From the NCBI GenBank assembly GCA_964270895.1, contig OZ185436.1: a DNA stretch of 64,000 nucleotides. One strand, given 5' to 3'. The position numbers and the translations under genes were made by a program. The notes under the pieces were generated by a model. It saw only the letters and a list, made by a program, of their open reading frames with translations. It searched no databases and was not told where the DNA came from. Each line of letters begins with the position of its first letter. The stretch's first letter is position 1. This DNA is from Podarcis filfolensis (taxonomy: Eukaryota). Positions 51,020-62,286 of this stretch are shown piece by piece.

Positions 51020-53329
51020 TTTCCTGACTAACCCAGGAGTTTCAGTGTGCTCCAGTTATATTGTTTTCCTGGGGTGGCAAGTTCTTTCCCTACAAGTTGT
51101 AGCCCCTTCTTCCTATCCTTGTGTGCCTGTGTTTTAAACAGGTATTTTAGTCCTTGCCTAAGTCAGCTTTTCACTACATTCATTCCACTTTGCATCACTG
51201 AGGTCTGGTTTTTAATGTGAGCCGAGAGAGAGTGACAGACAGACAGACAGACACAGAGGGAGAAGACTAATGTGTCTCTCTCAGCAGCAGGACACTTGCC
51301 CTCAACCCCATCTCCTCTTGCGTCCTGTGTACATGCTCCTTTTCGCACGTATGTTGCGTGGGTGCGTTAGTTTAGTAGTGGTTAGAATTAATTAGCTAAT
51401 TCTCCCTAACCCAGGAAATGTGCATGTTGTAGCTGAGCTATTCCCCACTGACATTCGAAGCATGTGCATATTTTGATTGTGTGTGCGTGCTCAGTAATCC
51501 TTATCCCCATGTTAAGATCTGTGCGTAAATGTAAGTAAATCTGCACATGTAATTCTATTGCTGCTGTCTAAAGGTGGGATTCCGGGGGTGGGTGGGGGGT
51601 GCATATGTGAAACATGTGCCTACCAAGGAAGCTTGCTAACACTGAATGCTAGCAGCAGAGCTTTTGGACAGTCAGAAATGGCATGCCCCACCAAAAGCAA
51701 AATATTCGAGATAAAACGAATTGCTCAAAGACGTTGAACATATGCTGCTGAACATAGCTAGGCTTTTCTTCCATCCGGTAGAGTTTAGATGGATGCGGCA
51801 GCTTGTTTACAAGGGATGGTGTTGCAGGCGAAATGCCAGCATTTTCACCTTCTCCAAAGAGCAGAGTCAGAGTTTGATAGGTGTCTAATACTGCTGGGGT
51901 TTCCAGCAAATTAGCTTGTGATCTGCAAGAGTCTGCTGTATCCCCTTCACATTCACAAGGCACCTAAAGGGTTTCAGTATCCTTCGGTTTTATGGGGCCC
52001 CATAAATGATTGTTTATTCATATCCTGTCATGTTTCTGCAATGCTTTTTTATGTGTGGCCTCTTTTACACTTACAGCTTCTTTCCCTTCATATACATTGG
52101 ACTCACGTTTCATCAGCATATATATTCAGTGCTGTACTGAAAGCGCATCTTGCTTATTTATAACTCTTTATTCATTTACGAGGCAGCAGTCAGGCTGTGG
52201 GCTTTATTGTTTAATGACAGAGGATATTTGAATTCCCTGTATCTTGCTGAAGTGGCCCCTTAATTTTGCATAGCTGTGGTTAGAATTGACATTTCTACTC
52301 TTTCTGCAGCTTGGTTGGCCAGTGAATAAGAGCAAATTTGTGCTGTTCACCTATACTGCCATTTTCAGCATGACTCAAGATTGCTCTCACCAGGGATGAG
52401 AAAATTTGGGGGGACTTTCCGTCTACAGATGTCAGCTGGGGAAAGATTAGTGTGAAATATTAATCTGTCGAGAGAGATGGTCTGTCTCTCACATATAGCT
52501 CAGTCCTTTGAGACCTAGTAGGCTTGAGTCAGCAGAGAAGAGAGCCTTACATTTTTATTTTAAAGGAACAATGCATACAACTCTGCAAACAGTTAAGGAT
52601 GCCAGTTTCAGAATTTTATTTTGCATGCTCTTAGCAGTGGTAGAAACACTGGAGGATTTTTTTGGTGCTGTCCATTTTGGAAATCTGCCTCCACTTACCT
52701 GCAAAAAACATTTTGTCACAAGAATATATTCAGATTTGCTTTACTCCAGAAAATGATGTTCTTGTGTGAACTTGCCATTAATATTTGGGGGCTTTGAGCC
52801 CTATTTAAGTATGAAACTTCGGCTCTTATCGTAGTTGAGCATTATATTGTAAAGGTATCTCTTTTTTCACCTGCCCATTCAGCCTTTATTGGCATAGTGC
52901 AATAAGTATTTAACAAGGCACAAACATTTTGCCTGCTTAATCCAATCTGTTCTCGTCTTAACCTCCTTAGAGCGCTGCTATCAAAATCTGAAAAGATTTG
53001 CGAGATCTCCAATTTGTCAGGAATGCAAGGCAATGTCAGGAGAGGCTATCAAACAGTGAAGACAACTTGGCAGTCTTCCCCTGTGCTCTCACACAGAAAA
53101 TAGACATGTAATGCAGGAGGGAATCAAGTACAACAGTTGGGCACTTGCTGAGTGATGTTTTCATTTTCTGTGTGGACTGAGGACAAATAAAGATAGCCTG
53201 GACAGAAACAGGGTGGGTTCCCTCCTTTAATTTGAGGAGACCAGGCATAGCATATTTCAAGAACCTCCGTTGCAGAATACTAAATTATGTACATTCAATG
53301 TAGTCTTGCGTATCAGAATTTATTTTTTA

Positions 53330-53765
53330 TGATTTTGAATATTTATTACATTTCTACCCCGCTCTTCCTCCCAAAGGAACCCAGAGCAAACAAAAAACAC
53401 ACCAAAGTTCTAAAACAATATAATAAAAATAAAACATATTTATAAGCAATTTAAAATATTTTAAAACATAAAGCAATCACATATCCTTACAGCTTAATAA
53501 TTTTAAATTTGCCATGAACAGTCTTTCAGCAGTCAGGTACTTGGGTAAACAGGAGTGTTTCTAAGTCCCTACTGAAAGTTACTAATGAGGGAGGGAGATG
53601 TTCCTCCCGAGGGATGGCATTCCACAAAGAGAAAACCACTAGCAGGAGAAGGCCTTCTCATGAGTTAATGCCAGTCAGACAGCATATATTGGCAGCCCCA
53701 CTGATAGGACCTTCCCTGCCAGTCTTAGGGCTCAGGGTGGCTGGCATTGTGAGAGGTCCTGATAC
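53330..53765 (-). mobile_element. L2 LINE 3' end, antisense, ending about 40 nt before exon 26
   Basis: Antisense FSRDLETLLFTQV (L2 ORF2 end), gaaggccttctc and tgtggaatgccatccc motifs, A-rich tail; boundaries approximate. Confidence 0.65.
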
Positions 53766-53803
53766 CACTATTCATGTTGTTTTTCTCTTCCTTTCCCCCC
53801 TAG

Positions 53804-53918
53804 GTATTTCACGACTAGATGATCAAATCTTCCTGAACAGGAACCCTGGCATGCCGTCAGTGGTCAAGTTTCACCCATTCACCCCATGTATAGCGGTGGC
53901 TGACAAGGACAGCATCTG
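53804..53918 (+). CDS. RPTOR: Raptor exon 26 (WD40 start), ISRLDDQIFLNRNPG...DKDSI(C)
   Basis: cccccctag|GT...TG|gtaagg; 115 nt, phase 1-2. Confidence 0.97.
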
Positions 53919-54240
53919 GTAAGGCACTAGCATTTTAAACACCCTTGAGCTGGTGCCCTGTTCTTGCTGCTAAGCAAAAGCCTCATACATTCAGTCGTCT
54001 TGTTGTGCCTGGATTTGTTATAGACCCTGCTAATAGAATTTCAGCCTTATTACTTTCTCTGCGGAAGCCGGAGGTGTAATGAAGAGACATTAATCAAAAG
54101 TTGTTAAATACTCAAAATGGGGTGGGTGGGCTGGAGGAATACATTTGATTTGGAGCCAGTGTATAGAATAACTTTTTTTTTTTATCCTTAAACTTAACTT
54201 AAATCCACTTGGAACCTGAATCCAACTTACCTATTTGTTT

Positions 54241-54254
54241 CCCCCCCCCCCCCC
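54241..54254. repeat. Poly-C (C14) within the exon 27 polypyrimidine tract
   Basis: ttt(c)14gcctttcccag|exon 27. Confidence 0.9.
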
Positions 54255-54265
54255 GCCTTTCCCAG

Positions 54266-54390
54266 TTTTTGGGATTGGGAAAAGGGAGAAAAGCTGGACT
54301 ATTTTCACAATGGGAACCCACGCTACACAAGGATCACCGCCATGGAATATCTGAACGGACAAGACTGTTCTCTGCTCCTGACTGCTACAG
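54266..54390 (+). CDS. RPTOR: Raptor exon 27, FWDWEKGEKLDYFHNGNPRYTRITAMEYLNGQDCSLLLTAT(D)
   Basis: tttcccag|T...G|gtgggt; 125 nt, phase 2-1. Confidence 0.97.
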
Positions 54391-56982
54391 GTGGGTATGG
54401 CCTCATTATTTTTTTTAAGGGAGGGCTAAGAAAGTGTTTTCTGCCCTGTCTATGGACCTCATCTTCATTTCAGTCACACAGAGGTGTATTGTTATACATG
54501 CTTCCTTATTTTATTCATCTGATTTAGTAAAGGGACCACCTTTTAATAAAGGTTGTATTTTTTTGAACCAAGAGTGAAAACTTCCATAGCCTTTTATTTT
54601 GCACTTTCTTCAGTGCATCCTGCCAACAAACTTATTGAGTCACTCACAAAACTCTTCAAGCACACTGGAGCTTCTCTGTTTGAGAATCTTCCTGTGAGCT
54701 GTCTCTCACCATGTCTGTTCCCCTCACCTTCATTTCATCCCAAGTTCGGAAAATGCTTTGGGAATCGGGACAGTCTAGCACTAGCCTGTTCCCTCATACC
54801 AGTTTTTCTCATCCTGACGTCAGGAATCCTAACCATCAGTTTTAACCCCTGTGCACTTTCTTTGGCCGTCACAACTCCAGAGTAATCCTCTGCTCCATAG
54901 GACTTCAGGCCGGGTTAACAGATAAAGTAATCTTCTCCAGAGACCATTATTCTTGCAGGGTGTGTCTTCAGGAATATTGTGCTATGTGACAATCCCTTCC
55001 AAAAGCAGCATTATTTTGTGCAGTCTATTGCCCAGCATATTTTTCCTAAGCATATCATTGTTGTGCTAGTGAACAACACTAATGTTGAGTGCATAAGCAA
55101 GACTCCAGGCTCCCATGAACTAAGTTTATGGTACAGTTAATGAATAAAGCTTTGTCCATAACAAGCAGGAAGAAGCTGAACTACTGAGTCTATCTTCATT
55201 AACCATGTTTGAATACTGCTGCTATCACCAATTTAGAGAGACAGAGACTTTAAAAAAACACAAAACAGCATCAAAACAGCACTTCAGACAAATTTGCTTG
55301 GAAGGATACAGTTAATCCCATTCATTTATTACAGTGACTACTGAAACAGATATATTAAGGCAAAATGTTTTGGCTTCTATTTTCTGTGGCTCCCTTTGAC
55401 TCTCGTGTCAGTCAAAGGGTGCTGTAGTCGTCTTACCACCTTGACTATAGCACCCTTGATTTATATGAGAGCTGGTGAAGAAAGTGGAAGCTGAAATGTT
55501 TTGCTATAATACCTCCATTTCAGTAGTCCCTCTACAGATAGATATGGGGATGGTGGGGAGTGAGCACTGTACTATTTTTAGATTAGAGCATCTTCAATGT
55601 TCCTGTCTAGTCTCAAGTATATAAACTAATAAAACATGTGCTGCTATATACTGTTGTAGCAGCAGCAGCAGCAGCATAAAGTGCTGTTTTCCCTGTTTCC
55701 TTAAACAGCTGGATTTTTTTTATTGCTGTAGTGTTTGACTTAATAAGGAAAATTGGGCCAACGAACTATGATACAGCTAAAGCATTACTCCCATAAACAG
55801 TGGGGGAAAATGTTTGCTGAATGACAAGAGGGAGTAACAAATAAGATGAAGGTTTGGAGAAATAAGGTGCTGCAAGCAGACTGGTCTTAAAGATTGCCAT
55901 GCCAGGCTAGAATCATTCATAAGATCCTTGCTCATTTTCAGGGGGAAAACACACTAAAAGAACACTTCAAGGAAATGAATAAAATAGAAAGCCAGCACAA
56001 TCTTTATATTACATGTTATCCAGTTTTGTCATAATGTGTGCCTCTAATTTAAAATCAAAAGGAGCTTCCTGTATGGTACCTATATGTTTTGCCCATAGGG
56101 CAAATAATGGTTTGGGAGAATATTTCTTAGGAAAGTGTTTCATGGATAAAACTTTAACCTACCTACCTTAATGCTGCAACGCAACCTAGATCCTTTCCCC
56201 CTGCCTTTAGTGGCTACTGTTACACCAATGGGAGATCCAGTCCCCATCTCTTCTTGTAATATAACTCTCAGTGGGTGTTTCCACATTGCAGTTATTGGAA
56301 ACTCTGTGTTGCTCCTGCAGGGCACATACAGTCTCATTCTCATCAAAATGCAACCCCATATTATTTTTCCCCATTTAATCCAGATTGATTGTTTACCCCC
56401 TCCTTTTTTTAACTTATCAGAATTTTCACAGAACAGGTAAATCCAGATTAAATGTGGGGAAATGTGGGGTGGCATTTTGATGAGAGCAGTTTTGTGTGGA
56501 TGCTGCAGAACTGTTACATTCATGGACAGCATAGAGTACCAGTGATCGTCTAATTCAAAATCAAAACTGGGATAATGCTAGGACCGCAGGAAGCAAAATT
56601 CCTTCCAAAATGGCTGACTTAATTACCAGTAAGGCCGTCTGGAAATACATAATCTATATTGCTGTCAAGCTAGGTTGCTGCCTGTGACTCTGAATGTGGC
56701 AGAGGATAGTGGAGCTTGGCATATTACTCCCTTACTTAAGAGGCAAACAGACTCAACAATATGATTAGAAAGTGTCAGATCAAGCTTTCCATAGTAACAA
56801 TTGATCTCTCCATAAGGATGCCTGCTTCCTGTTTGGAGAACCATGGTTTAGTGGAATCTGTCTGAAGCGGCATGAATTTTCTGCTGGAGCCAAATCAGTA
56901 ATGGTGATTAACTTATGGCACTGGGTAAGCCCAGCTTCTGGGCTGAATTCCCTTATAATTTTCTTTCTGTCATTCCTTCAAG

Positions 56983-57087
56983 ATGATGGTGCTATAAGGG
57001 TGTGGAAAAACTTTGCTGACCTGGAGAAGAATCCAGAGATGGTAACGGCCTGGCAGGGCTTGTCAGACATGCTACCAACAACACGCG
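56983..57087 (+). CDS. RPTOR: Raptor exon 28, DGAIRVWKNFADLEKNPEMVTAWQGLSDMLPTTR(G)
   Basis: ccttcaag|AT...G|gtaggt; 105 nt, phase 1-1; AAG acceptor; I did not find the next constitutive exon (GAGMVVDW...) in the window. Confidence 0.97.
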
Positions 57088-58962
57088 GTAGGTATGACCT
57101 AGCATTCTGTCTGGATTTGAAGGGGCAAAAGTAGTTTGCCATCATTTGGAACAGGGTTAGGTAACATGGAGTGGTCTTCACTGTCTACAGTAATACCTTG
57201 TTAACAGTGTTTTGGTCTTGATGGAGCTGGTGAGAAATTTCTGCCCTGCAATACTTTAAAAACAAATAATAAATGTAAGATTAAGCAGAGATGCCAGATG
57301 GGGAATAGATGCAATCTTTTTCATAGTGCTGAACAGAGGAGTACAGGTGAGTTCTCTTCCTGGACTGCGCTGGAGTTTCATCACTGGAGGTCAGATCTAA
57401 CTTTTTTGCTTCTAGATAGAGAATTGTGTGAGGCTTTTCTGAGCACTGCCCTTCCTTGGACTCATTATTGCAGCTGGTTTTCTCCTCTCACTTTGGGGTT
57501 TTACCCCAAAAACTCACCTCTTGCCACTATCCTTTTTTTTGTTTTGTTTGCTTGTTCCCTTTTGCCCCAGCTCTGCATGCTTCCCATATTACCTTGCTCA
57601 GCCTGCCTTGACTTGGGCACACCGCTTGCAGTATTTCCTGCTGTTCATTGTGGAGGGAAGGTCAAGTGAAACGTCACATTTACAAGATGGTAGTGCAGGT
57701 AGATTTGAGTGTCCCGAACATGTTGAGAATCCAGGCAGGGTTAGGTGTCAACAAGAAACCCATCACTTAACAAGCCCGGCTGAGAGACTGAGGTGCAGTG
57801 TTAGGTGACCAAAAAAAACCCACTATGCCGGATGTGATAATGAAGGATACTTGCTCTGCTTCCAAGACACGAGGAGTCATTAATGCTCTGACAGTTCTCA
57901 TTTCTGAACCTGTGCATCTCAGCACTGAAGCCTGACAACCGCTTATTCGAAAACTTCCTGTTGCTAAACCAGCACTTTGCATTCCCTTTAAAATATTTGT
58001 GCTGGCATAGCCAGTAAGTGATAGTGGTTTGACACGTCAAAATAAAAATCTCTGCCCTTTGAACATTAAGGGTTTTACATTTCAGTAGCGCTGCCTACAT
58101 GTTTTCCTTTAATGTCCTCTTCCTCCCTCACATTGCCCTGCTTTTCCTGTATAATGTGCCTTCTAGCTATTCATTGGAATTCACAGACGATGCCTCACTC
58201 AGATCTTAAAACTTTGACAGACCTTCCTCTGGTTCTTTCCATGGAAAGAATATTACAGTGATTCTGTTCCTCTTCCTTTTGGGCCAGGTAGCCTGAAATT
58301 TGAGGTGCAGCTGCTGCAAACCCGAGCTTCTGTAGCGTGCCATTACATGTGCACAGAACCGATCATAAAGTATGGGAAGTTAGATGTCTGCTATAAACAT
58401 TGCTGTGAGTGAAATCCTGCCATTTACAGGAATATTGTCAATAAGAGCAATGGGGAAGCAGCTAAAAGATGCTTATCTTGCGGTTCTTGAATTCCCTCTG
58501 CTGCTTTGGGTGGAGAGTAGAGTACCAAAGTCAAATCTTGTTGATCTCTCCAGGTCTTGTCTTCACAGTCCCTTTACCAAGCTTTAAAGCTTACTTGATG
58601 TTCATTAAGCACACGTCACCCTAAAGCATCTTGAAAGCGCATATTTGAGAATCAGCATAGCCAGTGCTGGATTACCCAGTAGGTAGACTTAATATGTGCT
58701 GCTTGGGGCACCTGCAAAGTAGGCACACCAAAAATATTAGCGTGGTGTGTGTGTGTGTGTATCAAAACAAGCACTGAATTGGTCATCGTAGGAGAAATTA
58801 GAACTTTGTTAGACTTCCTTATGCTCCACTACACGCTCTTCTCCCATTTTTCTGTTATTTTTATTACTTATCCCCACCGAAACCAATGAATTTATCCAGA
58901 ATTTGCAATCAGAAAATCTAGAAAGAAATTATCTTAACTTTAGCATACTTGTAAGGTTTGTG

Positions 58963-58963
<1 letters not shown>

Positions 58964-58993
<30 letters not shown>
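58964..58993. repeat. (CA)15 microsatellite
   Basis: Pure CA run. Confidence 0.95.
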
Positions 58994-58996
<3 letters not shown>

Positions 58997-59399
58997 ACAT
59001 TAGCAAATAGTTCAAGTACAAATGCACTAAGCAAAAAGGCTAATTTAAATTGAATACGTATAAAGCAGCCAACCCCATCATCCCCAATCAGTGTGGCCAA
59101 GGCTTAGGGGTGATTGGAACTGTAGTGCAAAACATGTAGAGGGCACCAGTTTGCTGGAGGCTGATATTAATGATACTGCGTCCAACGCTGGCAATAATAT
59201 TTGAGAGCTGGCTTTGAAGTCCAAAGAAAGTGCGATAAATCCTGTGTTACATTTTGCTTCATAAAAATAGACAAGCAAAGTTCATAACTAAATTCTGAAA
59301 ATATTCGTCTAAGACACTCATAGTCTGATAGCCAATGCATTGCTTCTCTCAACAATCAGTAAGTTAAACTGGAAATGTAGTTTTCTAACCCATGTAATT

Positions 59400-59522
59400 T
59401 TAGGTTACCAGACGTCCCCTTTTCCCGGGGACAGTCCCTGGATTTACAAATCAGTCCCCATACAAAATCCATTGAAGTTGAAAGGTGTCCCCAGATTCAT
59501 TGAAAAAAATCTGGTAACCTTA
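59400..59522. mobile_element. hAT-Blackjack-like MITE
   Basis: TIR aggttaccaga/tctggtaacct; near-TSD atgtaatt/gtgtaatt; cccggggacagtccc motif like MER94-type elements. Confidence 0.75.
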
Positions 59523-59539
59523 GTGTAATTCCTTTAAAG

Positions 59540-59676
59540 TAGGTGACGAACTTGTGGCCTTCCAGTTAATGTTGAACTTCAACTCCCATTAGCCCCTGCC
59601 ACCATGACCAATGGTTCAGGGATGATGGGAGTTGTAGTGTATCAGCGTTTGCAGGGTCACAGGTTCCCTAATCCTG
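59540..59676. mobile_element. Palindromic hAT MITE
   Basis: Near-TSD ctttaaag/ctttaaaa; caactcccat...cagggatgatgggagttgtagt core. Confidence 0.75.
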
Positions 59677-62045
59677 CTTTAAAAGGTTTAAGAAAAGGCG
59701 AAAACCTGCTATCACATGAACACAACTTGATATGTATTTCTGTACTCTGATATCCTCAGTTCTGATGTTAATAGCCTATAAGCCCTTTGTTATAAATTCT
59801 GAATGAGAGTGACCGTTTTTGGCTAAAAATATACTCTGTTTAGCTATCATCTCTTCTCTTAAAATAATTCATTTTTATTGTTTTGAGTCACTACAAAAAA
59901 AAAAGTTTGAGGCTGAAGAGAAGTGGCATTTCATTGATTCAGTTCAATAAAATGTGTACAAGCAAATGTTGCTTTAACCCTTGGACTCCAGCAGAGGCTG
60001 GTGTGTGCAGTCAAATCCAATTGTATCCTTGGCTCTTCCTTTGAAGTGTCTGCCACTGCTGTTGTCTGTGGCTGCAGTTCAAAAGATGAGAAGACAGGAA
60101 AAACCTGCCCATGTAACAACTGCTTTTAAATAACATTCAGGCATCATAAAAAAATAAAACGTGTAAGAGTAATGAAAACAGAGCCAACCAACATGTTGAC
60201 ATAAAAAATATACCCACGAAGCATTGATTTACAGATGCAGCCTAGTCTGGGTAATGGGCAATGGTTTGTTTTTTGATAGTAAAGATCAGCTGTTCCTGGT
60301 CATCCCCTTTTCACACTTTTCTATAGCATGAGCAAATGATTTCTGTAGAGAAGAGTTGCCCAGGTCCCTTGTGACTGTTGTTTCTGATTTCCACTATGGC
60401 TTGGATTTTCTCCCAGTAATTTCCTCACTGTTTCGGTGAATAAGAAACAGCACTAAGGGAGAGTGATTGTGCTTCCTTTACAGAACTATTAAATTTCTCT
60501 TTCGGTCCTTGATTTTGTTACTACCTATGCATATTGCTGTGGGAATGAGAGGGTTAGTTAAATTCACTCTGTGCAAAGGTGCAGGGTGAATTAAATGAGT
60601 CCTCTGTAGAAATGAGATTGTTGTTAGAAGTGCTGGCCTTTGCTGTGGAGACTGCTGGTGCAGTTTGGCACAGGGCTGTAATCTGACTCCTGTCTCTCTG
60701 AGACCATTGTGCTTGTGGCCTCGATTTTCTGTATGGTGCTTCCTCTTCCTTCCTCTTTTTACATGCTAGTGGAACGATACCTGAATTTTAGCATCCTCTG
60801 CTGTTGGTTGTTTTTCCTCCATCTTTCTCCTCCATCTTCTAATCCTCAGTTGGTGATGTAATCATCTTGATGAAAAATGGGTCACTGACCTCACAAGGGG
60901 ATTGAATGAACAGCAGGAGCAGAGGACACACTTAAAGGAGTGGGTGGACCTGACCTCTTTGTGCAAGCTTTCTCATTTGTGAAGAACAGGCTGGAGTGGA
61001 TTAAGAGGGATGGAAGGAAAGGAATCTTATAAAAGTGTGTGTAATTCTCCAGCAAAACATTCATGTGCCTATATATAGGAAACCCAAAGGCTTCAGCTCT
61101 GTACTGACTACGTACTGCAACAGCAAACAGGTTTTTTTCTTAGCATTGGTTATGCCCTTTCCTGGCTCAAATCTACCAAATACATTCATTGTCCATCTAA
61201 AAGTTAAAAGGATTAGGTCTAAGAAAGACAGGAGCAAATTTCACATTATGCAAAGTCGTAATATTTTGGATCATGTGAAGATTCGAACAGCTGTGTGAGC
61301 ACTAGAGAATCAGGCAGGGGGTGGAGGGAACCACAGAATCTATGCACATTATTATGAGTCAGCTCCAGGTTGGTGCTGAATTGGTGTTGATATAATGACC
61401 ATTTTAATGAAAGCACCCAGGCACCACCTGAAATAGTGCAGGCACAGTTCATATTGTATCACTCCGAAAGAGGTGGGGGGAAGTTGCTGAAATGAACATC
61501 CGAATAAATTCAGCACTTGGCTGTTTTGGCCAAGCAGATCTGTCATTCTGACTTGGTCTGTTCCTCATAACAAGAGATGGACCGGTACTAAGCAAGCCCC
61601 TTTATTCTCCAGGGTTTTCTTTGTGTGTGTGTGGAGTGGTTCTCTTCTAGATGGTTTTGTTTGCAGTTGAACCAGTGAGAAGGGTGACATGGAGAAATAG
61701 GAAAGATATAAAAGCAGGGCAAGCCTTGTGCAAGTTAGTGCTTCAGTAGGTTACAGTCTCAAGGTGATTCCTGAGAGGATGCTACTCCCACAGGTGTCCA
61801 TTTTGTGATTCAGACACTATTTCAAAAGGTCTTGGTTTATGTAGATTGCATGCGAGGTTTCACATGGAATAGGCAGAGTGACTTTTTTCTTTTCTTTTTT
61901 ACAAAGAGGATGTTTAAGATGAGTGGTTTAACAGAAAGCATAATGCAGGCTCCTAGGTCAGACTGTAGACTGGTAGGGGAAGGACATGGCAGTTCCCATC
62001 AGCATAACCACATCCTGTGTATTACCAGTTAGAATTAGGAAGAGT

Positions 62046-62286
62046 GAAGAAGAGCGTTTTGGATTTGATATCCTGCTTTATCACTACCTAAAGGAGTCTC
62101 AAAGCGACTAACATTCTCCTTTCCCTTCCTTCCCCACAACAAACACTCTGTGAGGTGAGTAAGGCTGAGAGACTTCAAAGAAGTGTGACTAGCCCAAGGT
62201 CACCCAGCAGCTGCATGTGGAGGAGTGGGGAAGCGAACCTGGTGCACCAGATTACGAGACTGCCTCTTAACCACTACACCACACTG
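62046..62286 (-). mobile_element. Young tRNA/CORE-type squamate SINE, antisense
   Basis: Reverse complement begins cagtgtggtgtagtggttaagag (A box), has ccaggttcgcttcc (B box) and ends (tct)n. Confidence 0.8.

Noticed and set aside
51101-51150. AG|GTATTT site mimicking the exon 26 start or a recursive splice site
   Set aside because: The intron is only 3.2 kb and use as an acceptor gives a stop after 6 codons; probably coincidence.
51576-51599. G-quadruplex-forming G tracts
   Set aside because: G and C runs are abundant throughout the window; no positional specificity.
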